Part shown: positions 7,622 through 16,741 of the stretch, piece after piece | Numbering within the stretch: position 1 is the stretch's first letter | Layout of the letters: every line of letters begins with the position of its first letter | NCBI GenBank assembly: GCA_964489365.1 | Contig: CAZAYR010000003.1 | Coordinates: 1 to 48,549 of the forward strand | Direction: 5' to 3' | DNA from: an uncultured Salinarchaeum sp. | GTDB lineage: Archaea; Halobacteriota; Halobacteria; Halobacteriales; SKNY01 | DNA length: 48,549 nucleotides | The notes under the pieces: generated by a model | What the model saw: the letters and a program-made list of their open reading frames with translations, nothing else | The model's database searches: none | What the model was told of the DNA's origin: nothing | Position numbers and translations under genes: made by a program

Positions 7622-10600
7622 TCACATAAAATCCGCGATGCCGCTTTGCTTGTTGTGATCGTCCTCGAAGATGCTCTCGAGGGAGCGCTCGAGGAGTTCG
7701 AGCCGCTGGATCGTGTAATCCCGGCAGTCGTATTGCCGGGCGATCCGTAACGCGGTCTCCATGTACTTGCTCACCGATCCCTCGTGGACCGTCAAGACCA
7801 CGTTGCCGTCACAGCGTCTGCAGGTGCGGCTCAGCGGCATGCGGCGATACTTCATCCCGCAGTCGATACACCGGCTCTCCTGGCTCGAGAACGCGCGGAG
7901 GTTCCCGAGGAGGTCGGGGAGGAAGTGTGACTCGATGACCCGCTCGGCGACGTCGGTTTCGTCGACGGCGCGGAGGTTCCGGGCGAGCTCGAGTTGGGCT
8001 TCCATCTTGTCCATCATGCTCTCGAGGGTCTTGTACGCCGAAAGTTCCGGCCCGGCAGCGATATCCGCCGTATCGTGCGTGTGGGTGAACCCTGAGTATT
8101 CGGCGGGCGTGCCGACCGAATCCTCGGCCAGGGGGATCTCGACCTCGCCCGGGTCACGCCCCTCCAGGGTGGCCTCGTAGAACTCGACCGGATAGCGTTC
8201 GTGGGTGTCGATGTTGTGGGCCTCGTCGTCGATTTCCGAGGGGTCGATGCGAGTGGACATGACCAAAGGTGCGTCCATCGAATTATGTGCGAACAACCAG
8301 TTCGTCGTGAAAATCGGCTCTCCCCCGACCTGGAGATCGTAGAGATATCCGTCGTAATCAACCTGCTCGATATTCTTGACACGAAGAAAGGCCAACTCGC
8401 CGGAGACGAGTGTTTGGAGGTCCGCTAGCAGTGGAGCCGCTTCTGGGGGAAGTTGTCGTTGCCCTAGTTCCTCTGTGATATCGGTCAGTTGTTGGAGCGA
8501 GATGTTATCGCGTCGCTTGAGATATTTCGGGATCAGCTGTTTGATACCCTGAATAGACATTTCACGAATTTCCATGAGGGCGCTTGGAATAGGTACGCTG
8601 AGACTTTTCGGAAGATACGGTGAGTCGCCGATCATTGCGCGACGCAGTGGGTTGTCAGAGGCTCCCCCCGAGACGGTGACCACGTACAGATCCTGCCGGT
8701 TTCCTTCTCGGTCGTCGATGGTGTTGATCGTCCCCATGACTCCCAGGCGCTGCAGTAGGAATATCACCCCGTCCCTGACTGCTTCACTCGTCGTATGAAA
8801 CGCTACGGTGGTGACATTGTCGTCTTGCTTGTTGCTACCGTCCCCGGTAATGTACCCCCGTAGAAAGGACAAGACAATATTTTCCGGTGCGCGGAGGATG
8901 CACTTCGGGATGACTTTCTCGGATGAGTTGTATTCGTCTCGTTGCTCGAAGCCTAACTCGTACAACACGTCGGCGAATACTCGGGGAAGGCGGATTTCGT
9001 ACGCCCGATTTGACCAGCGGACGTACGGTTCCGTCTTAAGGGTTGATCGGATGATGCTACTGCAACGATCGATGATGTCGCGGTCGGAATTATGAATCGT
9101 GACAGCGCCGCCGGAGAGACTCCCCTCGGCAACAAAGATCCCGAGCAACCACCCGAGTTCCTCGTCAATGGGAATGTGCGCTGGGATCCCATTCGACGAG
9201 CCTTTGCGCCCGACCATTAGCTGCGCGGGACAATCGGGTGCCTCAGAGTTCTCGACGATATCGTGGTACCGCCCCCACGAAATTTTCTCACGGTCCAACC
9301 GATATGCGAGCCCATTGATGAATTTATTACGCAAGGGTCCCCCGCGATCCGCCTCCTCCCAAGCAGTCGTGAGCGTCTCCTCTACGTCTTCACCGATGAA
9401 CAAATAGGGATTGTCGACGCATTCCTCAACTTGGATACTCTCTTGTCGGGATTCGATCTCGAGTTGCCGAGGTGCGAGAATGTGATCACCCGGCTCGAGA
9501 TCCTCCCCTGCGATCTCCTCGATACCATCGTCAAAACGGAAGAGGCTATGATCACGCGTGATCTCGATCTCCCGACCGAATTGTGTTTCGACCCGTATCA
9601 GATGCTCTTCGTCCCCGGCCTCGTACCGTATCGCTTTCTCGATCGGTTGGAGCGACACGGAATGTTCGTCGTCGAATACGTACGTCCGCCAACCCTCTTT
9701 GAAACACGATTTCTTCCGAAATTTCCCATCGCGATGAACCGGGGACTCCAACGCCTCCCAGAATTCCTCGAAGGTCAGGAATGCCACGTTTCCCTCGGGT
9801 GAAACACCCAGAAGGCGGGAATCTTCCCCGACACTTCCTCCCCTGCTTTCCGGGAGGAACGACTGGCTGAAATTGAGCAACCCATCCATGAGCAACATCA
9901 CACAGTCCTCATCTCCGTCACATTGCGCAGTTGCGAGCCCGTTTGCGAACAGCGTGTGCGTTTCGTCGACTGTGAGACAATATGTGTGATCGGTATCGCT
10001 CCGCACGATCTCTGTCCGTTCTACCTTATCAAGTCGCGGCTGGCCCCCATCGTTGATGATACTAGCCGCAGGGGCAACGAGCGGGGCTCGGGCGTTCATT
10101 TCATACACCGGGATCGCATCGCCGACCTCGAGATCCGTGGCCTTCACGCGCTCCGTTCCTCCAACCCAACGAATCATCCGATGATCGGATGTAACGGTCA
10201 TCTCCCGGCCTTCCTGGGTTTGCACTCGAACGAGATGCGCAGGTGCCGGGTGCTTCGAGACCGCGGTGACCTGTTTGGATACTAACGACCCCTCCGCATC
10301 TAGGGAAATCACTCGTGGCCCATCGGGTACTTCCTCATAGACTGTGCCGAAGTCGTCCTGTTTGGGATCGTCGAAGAGACGCTCTACGAACGCTTTAATC
10401 GAGGATTCCTGCCACTTCTCTCCTTCGTCCGCGTACCACAACTTCGTCTCCGGATGGAAACAGTTCCGCCGTTTCGCCGCGTGAAAGTACGGATGCGCGT
10501 ACCCGACGGAGGCCTCGGTGAACCCAACGATCCGTCCCACGACCGCCGCGCTCGTGTGGGGGGCCAACCCGAGCACGAGCTCGCCGACCAAATCCTCCCG

Positions 10601-13183
10601 CTCGTCGACCTCGTAGAAGGGTTCCTCCTCGTAAAAACGCTCGAGGAGATCGTCGACGAAGTTGGCGGTGCGCACGAGGTGGTCGCCCGCGCCGGTCGAG
10701 AGGATCACGTCCTGGACCCGGAGTTCCACTAGCTGGTCGTCGTGCTCGAGTGGCTCCCCGTGGATGTCCTCTTCGTAGCCCAGCTCGCGGAAGTGTCCCG
10801 CTGTAACGCCGAGCTCCGCCGGACGCACCGAGGTGACCGGCAAATCCGTCATGTCGTAGCGGACGGTCCCGTCTTTGAACGCCGAGACCTCGTGTTTCGC
10901 CCGTAGCACGCCCTTGGCCATCGCTTCCGGCGTTTTCTCTCGGGACATGAGGCCCTTGACGCCCTTCAGGATCGGGACCGAGCTCTCCCGTTCGTCGACC
11001 CGCTTGAGGGCCTGGTGGTAGCGGTCGTCGACGTTGATGGTTCGCTCGGTGACCGTGGTCCCGGGCTCCTCGCACTTCGGACAGGTCGGAGCCTCCTCGC
11101 CGCTGCCGAGTTCACGCTCGCAGGAGGGGCAGGTCCAGAGATGTTCGGTGCGGCTCTCACAGGAAGGGCACCGCAGGCGATCGGTGTCGGTCTCGCACGT
11201 TGGACACCGACGCTGGCCGAGCTCCACGACGATCTCACCCGGGGTGTCCGACATCGTCTCGGCGTGCCGCGAGGCGTCGGCGACGTCGCGGCGATCCCCA
11301 CCGGCGTTGCCCAGCGGGAAGAGCGTGTGGACCGGCGGGCGCATCTCCCGCTGTTCGGATTTCTCGGGCCGGCCCATCCGATTCCCGATCCGCGTGGGGG
11401 CTTTGGCGCGGACCTCGAAGGGGGCCAGCGCGTTGATCGCCGCGAGGCCGTCCTCGACGCCGTTCGGAATCTCCCCCGTCCGCGAGAGCGCCTCCCCCCG
11501 CACCTCGATCCCGAGGCTTCGGGCGAAGGGCTGCCATGTCGGGAGCCGCAAGCTATCGTCGTCCTGGTAGTGGGGTACCAGCAGCGCCTCGAGGAGGTCC
11601 CGTCGACGATCGGTCCGCTCGATGACGAGCGCGCCATCGATGACCTGCCCCGATTCGACGGCCTCGGCCAAGTCCGCGATGTCCTCGGGCGCGAGGTCGT
11701 GCCAGAGATACGTGTATCGGGGATGCAGCGGCGCGTCGAAGGCCTGAGCCCACCCGAGCGCCCGTTCCGGGCCGGGGTCCTCCAGATCGATCGCGGCATC
11801 GTCACGGAACGCCGGGACGTCGGCGCCCGCGGCCTCGAACTCCTGGACCCACCATTCGACGGTATACGCGGCCGGGGCGAGCGGGTAGTTGTTCTCGACG
11901 AACTCGCCGGCGTTCACGAGGTACTCGCCCACGTCCAGGATCCGCTCGACGCCACCCCGGAGCTTCGCCGCCTCCTCCGGGTCTTCGAGTCGACGGACCT
12001 CCCCCGTGGCCAGCCGGACCGTCGGGCCCTCGATCGAGTCCACCGGGACGACCCCGGCAGCCTTGCCGGGCCGTTCCGTTTTGAGCTGCGTGCCCGGGGC
12101 AAGAAACTCGTCGAGCAGATGCATCGTCGCGGGGTGGACGCCCGCGGTGGCAAACCCGTGGTTCCGCGCCCGGCCGTACCGGAGCCGAAAGCCGCCCGGC
12201 CTGGAGGGATGCGCGAACACCGGCCGTCCGGCGATCAGGTCATCGAGATAGCGCTCGTTCGGCTCGGGGACGGGAAGGCCGCCGACGTCCGAGGTCTCCT
12301 CGTCCTCGTCCGATTCCTCGGGTTCAGCGGATTCTCCCTCCGATCCGAATTCGCCCTCGATCAACTCGTCGATCCAGGGCCAGTCGATCTCGTCGAGCTC
12401 GTCGGTGTATCGCTTGATCTTGGGGGCCTTCTGGGCGATCCCCTCGGCGAGGACGAGACACATGCCACCCCGCGCCCGGTTGGTGTCGATCCGCTCGAGA
12501 TCGCGGAAGCCCGAGACCTCGTCCTCGCTCGTCGGTTCCCCGTCGAGACAGATCGGACACTCTCCGGCGATAAAGCGGGCCTCGTCCATCGCCGGGGCAT
12601 ACTGGAGGCCGGTGTCCTCGTCGTAGAGCGCGACCTCCTCGGCGAGGCGCTCGATTTCCTGCTCGCGCGGCTGGAACGCGTCGATGCCCAGGAGCGCCCG
12701 GGTGTAGTCCGCGACCAGCACCGAGAGCGCCTGGGCGGTCCCGCCGGCGGACCGGATGGGCCCCGCGTAGTAGACGCGGACGTACGAGGAGCCGTCGTCG
12801 TTGGTCAGGACGTCGACGCCGTCGATCCCCTCGATCGGCGCCGCGACGACCCCCTCGGTCAACAGCGCCACCGCGGTCCGGACGGCCTGTTCGATCGTCT
12901 CGGCCGTGCCCTCGGCGTTCCCGACCGTCCCCTCGGCGAAATCCGATGCCAGGGCGAGCGCCGCCTCCTCGCGGGACATCTCGGCCTCGAGCTCCCGGAT
13001 GCGGTCGGCGACGCCGGGAAAGCCCAGCAGGTTCTGGACGCGGTCGGCCATATCCCGCGCGATCGGGATCTCGACGTCCTCGCTCGGATCCCAGCCCTGC
13101 GCCCGGGCCCGAGCGGCCCGTTCGACGGCGGCCTCGACCTGGCTCTCGAGCCGGCGAAAATAGGTCTCGGCCTCGTCAGCCAT
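7622..13183 (-). CDS. polD2: DNA polymerase D (Pol II) large subunit DP2, precursor containing two inteins (1853 aa; 1155 aa after splicing)
   Basis: DP2-specific motifs are present: the N-terminal domain, a Cys4 zinc cluster (CPTCE...CPSCE...CPSCE...CPKCE), HPYFHAAKRRN / CDGDEDCVMLLMDGLLNFSQSFLPESRGG / SMDAPLVMSTRIDPSEIDDEAHN, and a C-terminal CIDCG...CRRC. Confidence 0.96.
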   Translation of the reverse strand: MADEAETYFRRLESQVEAAVERAARARAQGWDPSEDVEIPIARDMADRVQNLLGFPGVADRIRELEAEMSREEAALALASDFAEGTVGNAEGTAETIEQAVRTAVALLTEGVVAAPIEGIDGVDVLTNDDGSSYVRVYYAGPIRSAGGTAQALSVLVADYTRALLGIDAFQPREQEIERLAEEVALYDEDTGLQYAPAMDEARFIAGECPICLDGEPTSEDEVSGFRDLERIDTNRARGGMCLVLAEGIAQKAPKIKRYTDELDEIDWPWIDELIEGEFGSEGESAEPEESDEDEETSDVGGLPVPEPNERYLDDLIAGRPVFAHPSRPGGFRLRYGRARNHGFATAGVHPATMHLLDEFLAPGTQLKTERPGKAAGVVPVDSIEGPTVRLATGEVRRLEDPEEAAKLRGGVERILDVGEYLVNAGEFVENNYPLAPAAYTVEWWVQEFEAAGADVPAFRDDAAIDLEDPGPERALGWAQAFDAPLHPRYTYLWHDLAPEDIADLAEAVESGQVIDGALVIERTDRRRDLLEALLVPHYQDDDSLRLPTWQPFARSLGIEVRGEALSRTGEIPNGVEDGLAAINALAPFEVRAKAPTRIGNRMGRPEKSEQREMRPPVHTLFPLGNAGGDRRDVADASRHAETMSDTPGEIVVELGQRRCPTCETDTDRLRCPSCESRTEHLWTCPSCERELGSGEEAPTCPKCEEPGTTVTERTINVDDRYHQALKRVDERESSVPILKGVKGLMSREKTPEAMAKGVLRAKHEVSAFKDGTVRYDMTDLPVTSVRPAELGVTAGHFRELGYEEDIHGEPLEHDDQLVELRVQDVILSTGAGDHLVRTANFVDDLLERFYEEEPFYEVDEREDLVGELVLGLAPHTSAAVVGRIVGFTEASVGYAHPYFHAAKRRNCFHPETKLWYADEGEKWQESSIKAFVERLFDDPKQDDFGTVYEEVPDGPRVISLDAEGSLVSKQVTAVSKHPAPAHLVRVQTQEGREMTVTSDHRMIRWVGGTERVKATDLEVGDAIPVYEMNARAPLVAPAASIINDGGQPRLDKVERTEIVRSDTDHTYCLTVDETHTLFANGLATAQCDGDEDCVMLLMDGLLNFSQSFLPESRGGSVGEDSRLLGVSPEGNVAFLTFEEFWEALESPVHRDGKFRKKSCFKEGWRTYVFDDEHSVSLQPIEKAIRYEAGDEEHLIRVETQFGREIEITRDHSLFRFDDGIEEIAGEDLEPGDHILAPRQLEIESRQESIQVEECVDNPYLFIGEDVEETLTTAWEEADRGGPLRNKFINGLAYRLDREKISWGRYHDIVENSEAPDCPAQLMVGRKGSSNGIPAHIPIDEELGWLLGIFVAEGSLSGGAVTIHNSDRDIIDRCSSIIRSTLKTEPYVRWSNRAYEIRLPRVFADVLYELGFEQRDEYNSSEKVIPKCILRAPENIVLSFLRGYITGDGSNKQDDNVTTVAFHTTSEAVRDGVIFLLQRLGVMGTINTIDDREGNRQDLYVVTVSGGASDNPLRRAMIGDSPYLPKSLSVPIPSALMEIREMSIQGIKQLIPKYLKRRDNISLQQLTDITEELGQRQLPPEAAPLLADLQTLVSGELAFLRVKNIEQVDYDGYLYDLQVGGEPIFTTNWLFAHNSMDAPLVMSTRIDPSEIDDEAHNIDTHERYPVEFYEATLEGRDPGEVEIPLAEDSVGTPAEYSGFTHTHDTADIAAGPELSAYKTLESMMDKMEAQLELARNLRAVDETDVAERVIESHFLPDLLGNLRAFSSQESRCIDCGMKYRRMPLSRTCRRCDGNVVLTVHEGSVSKYMETALRIARQYDCRDYTIQRLELLERSLESIFEDDHNKQSGIADFM
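8282..9835 (-). mobile_element. large intein (518 aa) with LAGLIDADG homing-endonuclease domain, at the RGG/SMDAPL site of DP2
   Basis: Starts SVGEDSRLL (Ser1, AGT at 9835-9833). Block B is ITRDH. LAGLIDADG motifs are LGIFVAEGS and LRGYITGDGS. Block G is YDLQVGGEPIFTTNWLFAHN, followed by +1 Ser (SMDAPLV). Spot G+C of 60-nt lines is 50-55%, versus about 78% in the extein. Confidence 0.9.
9923..10462 (-). mobile_element. mini-intein (180 aa) at the KRRN/CDGDED site of DP2
   Basis: The conserved extein sequence KRRN|CDGDED is interrupted. The intein starts CFHPETKLWY (Cys1, TGT at 10462-10460). Block B is TSDH. It ends LFANGLATAQ with Gln (CAA at 9925-9923), followed by +1 Cys. There is no endonuclease domain. 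Confidence 0.9.
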
Positions 13184-13227
13184 TACGGCGACGCCACGCG
13201 AGGTCGGTGGAAAAACTTAGCGTTGTC

Positions 13228-13416
13228 TTAGCGCCAGCGTGCCAGCGCCGGCGCGTCGTCCATCGGCATCGCGATCCATGCATCGTCCCGCGAGACGTCC
13301 GCGATGATCAGCCGCTCGTCCGTCGCTCCACCGTCGATGGAGGCCATCACGGTGTCCGTGGCCCGCCGCGGGCGTAGCGCCGGATCCATACCTACATGAA
13401 CGTTTATGGCAGACAT
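13228..13416 (-). CDS. small hypothetical protein (62 aa, or 53 aa from ATG at 13389)
   Basis: This is the C-terminal tail of the 221-aa track ORF, whose upstream part is an antisense shadow of the CBS gene. ATDERLIIADVSRDDAWIAMP resembles small conserved haloarchaeal proteins. Confidence 0.4.
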   Translation of the reverse strand: MSAINVHVGMDPALRPRRATDTVMASIDGGATDERLIIADVSRDDAWIAMPMDDAPALARWR

Positions 13417-13479
13417 AAGGGCGTCGATCCGGCGTGACCGGTTCGGTGAGTACAAGGAGACCCCGACGCAACGCCGGGT

Positions 13480-14331
13480 ATGCACGTTGCCGATGTGATG
13501 ACGCCCCGGGCGGGCCTGGTGACCGCCACGGTCCCCGGGGCGCGCGACGACGTCCTCCGGATCCTCCAGGACCGGGCGTTCAGCTCGGTACCCGTCGTGA
13601 AGAAAACCGACGAGGGGGAGGTCTTCCGGGGGCTCGTCTCCCGCGAGCGGCTCATCGAGGAACTCGACGAGGAGCAGCTGGCCCTGCTCGTCGAGGAAAC
13701 CGAATCCATCCAGCCGGACGCCTCCCTGGAGGAGCTCGCCGCCCACATGGCCCGGACCGGCGCCCGACGGGTCCCTGTCGTGGATAACGGCCTCGACGGC
13801 ATCGTCACCATTACCGACGTCGTTCACGCGATCGCGAACGGCGATCTGGCGATCGACGAGAAGGTCGGCCCGTACGCCGAGGACCGGATCCACACCGTGT
13901 ACGCGGGGACGCCGCTGACGGCGGCCGAGCGGTGTCTGTATTACGGGACCGAGGCGTACGCCGTCGTCCTCGACGACGAGGGGGACATGGCGGGGATCGT
14001 CACCGAGGTCGACATCATCGAGGTGGCCGAAGTCGTCGTTGGTGCCGAGGGCACCGGGGACAGCATCGCCAACCAGGACTCCGAGTGGGCCTGGGAGGGC
14101 ATCAAGGCCATCGGGAACCGGCTGCTCCCGACACGGAACGTCGAGTTACCCCCGGAACCGGTCCGCACGGTCATGACCGAGGACGTGGTCACGGTCTCGC
14201 GCCGGCACTCGGTCACCGAGACCGCCCAGCTGCTCATCGGCAACGACATCGAGCAGATCCCGGTCCACCAGGGCGAACGTCTCGTCGGGATCGTGAAGGA
14301 CATGCACCTCCTCGAAGCGATCTATGAGTGA
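13480..14331 (+). CDS. CBS domain-containing protein (tandem CBS pairs)
   Basis: CBS-type repeats such as VMTPRAGLVTATVPGARDDVLRIL...SSVPVV and ARRVPVVDNGLDGIVTITDVV. The 3' end overlaps the glyS start by 8 nt. Confidence 0.85.
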   Translation: MHVADVMTPRAGLVTATVPGARDDVLRILQDRAFSSVPVVKKTDEGEVFRGLVSRERLIEELDEEQLALLVEETESIQPDASLEELAAHMARTGARRVPVVDNGLDGIVTITDVVHAIANGDLAIDEKVGPYAEDRIHTVYAGTPLTAAERCLYYGTEAYAVVLDDEGDMAGIVTEVDIIEVAEVVVGAEGTGDSIANQDSEWAWEGIKAIGNRLLPTRNVELPPEPVRTVMTEDVVTVSRRHSVTETAQLLIGNDIEQIPVHQGERLVGIVKDMHLLEAIYE

Positions 14332-16087
14332 GATCGCGACCCGGGAAGACCGCACGGAGGGCGAGCGCCTCGCCGAGATCGGGAAGCGTCGCGGCTTTTT
14401 CTTCCGGGCGTTCGAGGCCTACGGCGGGGTCGCCGGGCTCTACACCTACGGGCCCCGCGGCGCGGCGCTGAAGCGACATCTCGAAGAAGTCTGGCGCGAG
14501 CGCTTCACCGTCAAGGAGGGCAATTTCGAACTCGAGGGCCCGACGGTGACCCCGAAGCCGGTCCTGGACGCGTCGGGGCATACCGAGGACTTCGACGACC
14601 TGCTCGTGGCCTGTGCGGAGTGTGACGAGCGCCACCGGGCGGACCACCTCATCGAGGACAACACCGAGATCGAGGACGCCGAATCCATGCCGATTCCGGA
14701 GGTCGAAGCGCTCCTCCGGGAGGAAGGGATCGCGTGTCCGACCTGCGGCAGCCCGCTGGCCGGCCAGCCCGTCGAGGAGTTCAACCTCATGTTCGAGACG
14801 ACCATCGGCCCGGGCGACGGCAGCCCCGGGTTCCTGCGGCCCGAGACCGCCCAGAGTATCTTCGTCGAGTTCCCGCGCCTGATCGAGTACGCGCGCAACG
14901 AGCTCCCCTTCGGCATCACCCAGATCGGTCCGGGGTATCGCAACGAGATCAGCCCGCGACGGGGGCTGGTTCGTGTTCGGGAGTTCACCATGGCCGAACT
15001 GGAGCTGTTCATCGATCCGGAGCGCGACGAGCCCGATCTGGACGCGGTGCGCGATGTCGAAGTGCGGCTCTACCCCGCCGACGTCCAGCAAACCGCAGGG
15101 ACGAGTTACGTCGAGACGACGATCGGCGAGGCGGTCGAAGAGGGGATCATCGGGAACGCGTGGGTCGCCTACTATCTGGGTGTCGCCCGGCGCTGGTATG
15201 CCCGCATCGGCATCGATCCCGATCGGTTCCGCTTCCGCCAGCACCTCGCGGGCGAGCGGGCCCACTACGCGACCGACTGCTGGGACGCCGAGGCGGAGGT
15301 CGACGGGAACTGGATCGAGATCGCCGGCTTCGCCCACCGGGGCTGTTATGACCTGGATCGCCACGATGCCCACTCCGACGAGGATTACACCGTGTTCGTC
15401 CCGTACGACGAACCCGTCGAGGAGGAACGCGCGACCGTGGATCCGGACATGGGGTATCTCGGCCCGGAGTTCGGCGAGCAGGCACCGGAGATTGCGGCCG
15501 GCCTCGAGGAGCTGGTCGCGGACGATCCCGCCGCCTTCGAGGGCGAGACGGTCACCGTCCGGGTGGACGGCGAGGAGTACGTGGTCCCAGTCGAGCATAC
15601 CGGCTACGCGGTCGAGACCGTGCGGGAAACCGGCGAACGCCTGCTTCCGGAGGTCGTCGAGCCGTCCTTCGGCGTCGGGCGAACCGTCTATAGCGTGCTC
15701 GCCCACAACCTCCAGCGGGACGAGGTCGACGGCGAGCCCCGGACGTACCTCTCGCTGCCGGCGGAGCTCGCCCCGACCACCGTCGGGGTCTTCCCGCTGA
15801 TGGACCGGGACGGGCTTGACGACGTCGCTCGGGAGATCGCGGCGGAGCTCCGGACTTCCGGGCTCGAGGTGAGTTACGACGATTCCGGCAACATCGGTCG
15901 CCGGTACCGCCGACAGGACGAGATCGGGACCCCGTACTGTGTCACGGTCGACTACGACACCCTCGAGGATGGTACCGTGACCGTCCGCGACCGGGACACG
16001 ACCGAGCAGGTACGCGTCGGGCGGGAAGATGTCGCGGGCACGATCCGGGACCTGGTGGCGGGGACGGACACGTTCGATCGGCTCTGA
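14324..16087 (+). CDS. glyS: glycine--tRNA ligase (archaeal/eukaryal alpha2 type)
   Basis: Contains [29 protein letters not shown], class II motifs (FLRPETAQSIF, GYRNEISPRRGLVRVREFTMAELE) and a C-terminal anticodon-binding domain. Confidence 0.95.
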   Translation: MSEIATREDRTEGERLAEIGKRRGFFFRAFEAYGGVAGLYTYGPRGAALKRHLEEVWRERFTVKEGNFELEGPTVTPKPVLDASGHTEDFDDLLVACAECDERHRADHLIEDNTEIEDAESMPIPEVEALLREEGIACPTCGSPLAGQPVEEFNLMFETTIGPGDGSPGFLRPETAQSIFVEFPRLIEYARNELPFGITQIGPGYRNEISPRRGLVRVREFTMAELELFIDPERDEPDLDAVRDVEVRLYPADVQQTAGTSYVETTIGEAVEEGIIGNAWVAYYLGVARRWYARIGIDPDRFRFRQHLAGERAHYATDCWDAEAEVDGNWIEIAGFAHRGCYDLDRHDAHSDEDYTVFVPYDEPVEEERATVDPDMGYLGPEFGEQAPEIAAGLEELVADDPAAFEGETVTVRVDGEEYVVPVEHTGYAVETVRETGERLLPEVVEPSFGVGRTVYSVLAHNLQRDEVDGEPRTYLSLPAELAPTTVGVFPLMDRDGLDDVAREIAAELRTSGLEVSYDDSGNIGRRYRRQDEIGTPYCVTVDYDTLEDGTVTVRDRDTTEQVRVGREDVAGTIRDLVAGTDTFDRL

Positions 16088-16088
16088 T

Positions 16089-16685
16089 ATGGGCGAGCTC
16101 GGCCGGCGTCTCGTCCATGCGAGCGGGGTGGTGCTTCCGGCCGTCTACCTCGTAGACCTCGTCTCGTGGACACAGCTCCGCGCGATCGTCGTCGTGGGAA
16201 GCGCGCTCGCGGTCATCCTCGAATTCTTGCGACTGCGCATGGGCGTCGACTGGTGGATCTATCGGCACTTGACCCGGCCGTACGAGGCGGAGGCGGTTGC
16301 CGGGTACGCGCTCTACATGCTGAGCATCACGGTCATCGCGCTGGTCTTCAGGCCCCACGTGGCGCTCCCGGCGATGTTGATGCTCATGTTGGGTGACCCG
16401 GTGAGTGGCTATCTCGGGAGCGGGGAGTTGCGCCGGATCAAGCGCCCGTTGGCGATGGGCGGGATGTTCGCGGTCGCCTTCGCCGTCACCGCGCCGTTCG
16501 CCGCAACCGTCACCGAGGAGCTCTGGGCCGCCGCGGCCGTCGCTGCGGTTGGCGCCGCGGCCGGGACGGTCGCCGATGCCGTCAAGCCGACGGTCGGCTC
16601 GATCGTGATCGACGACAATCTCACCATCCCGACGGTGGGAGCGATCACGCTCTGGGCCGCCTACCGGATCGTCGGCGGGGTGTAG
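16089..16685 (+). CDS. polyprenol/dolichol kinase-family integral membrane protein
   Basis: Multi-pass membrane protein. GRRLVHASGVVLPAVYL and MLGDPVSGYLG resemble the CTP-dependent polyprenol kinase / cytidylyltransferase family. Start set at ATG 16089, just after the glyS stop. Confidence 0.55.
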   Translation: MGELGRRLVHASGVVLPAVYLVDLVSWTQLRAIVVVGSALAVILEFLRLRMGVDWWIYRHLTRPYEAEAVAGYALYMLSITVIALVFRPHVALPAMLMLMLGDPVSGYLGSGELRRIKRPLAMGGMFAVAFAVTAPFAATVTEELWAAAAVAAVGAAAGTVADAVKPTVGSIVIDDNLTIPTVGAITLWAAYRIVGGV

Positions 16686-16741
16686 CACTACCTTCGCCCC
16701 GACGCGAACCCTTATTCGGAATCACGACCAGCATACGGCCA

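Noticed and set aside
11015-13231. 738-aa forward ORF (and many shorter ones) antisense to polD2
   Set aside because: Its Arg/Gly/Pro/Asp-rich low-complexity translation has no recognisable domain. The opposite strand encodes an unmistakable DP2. This is the classic shadow ORF of GC-rich DNA.
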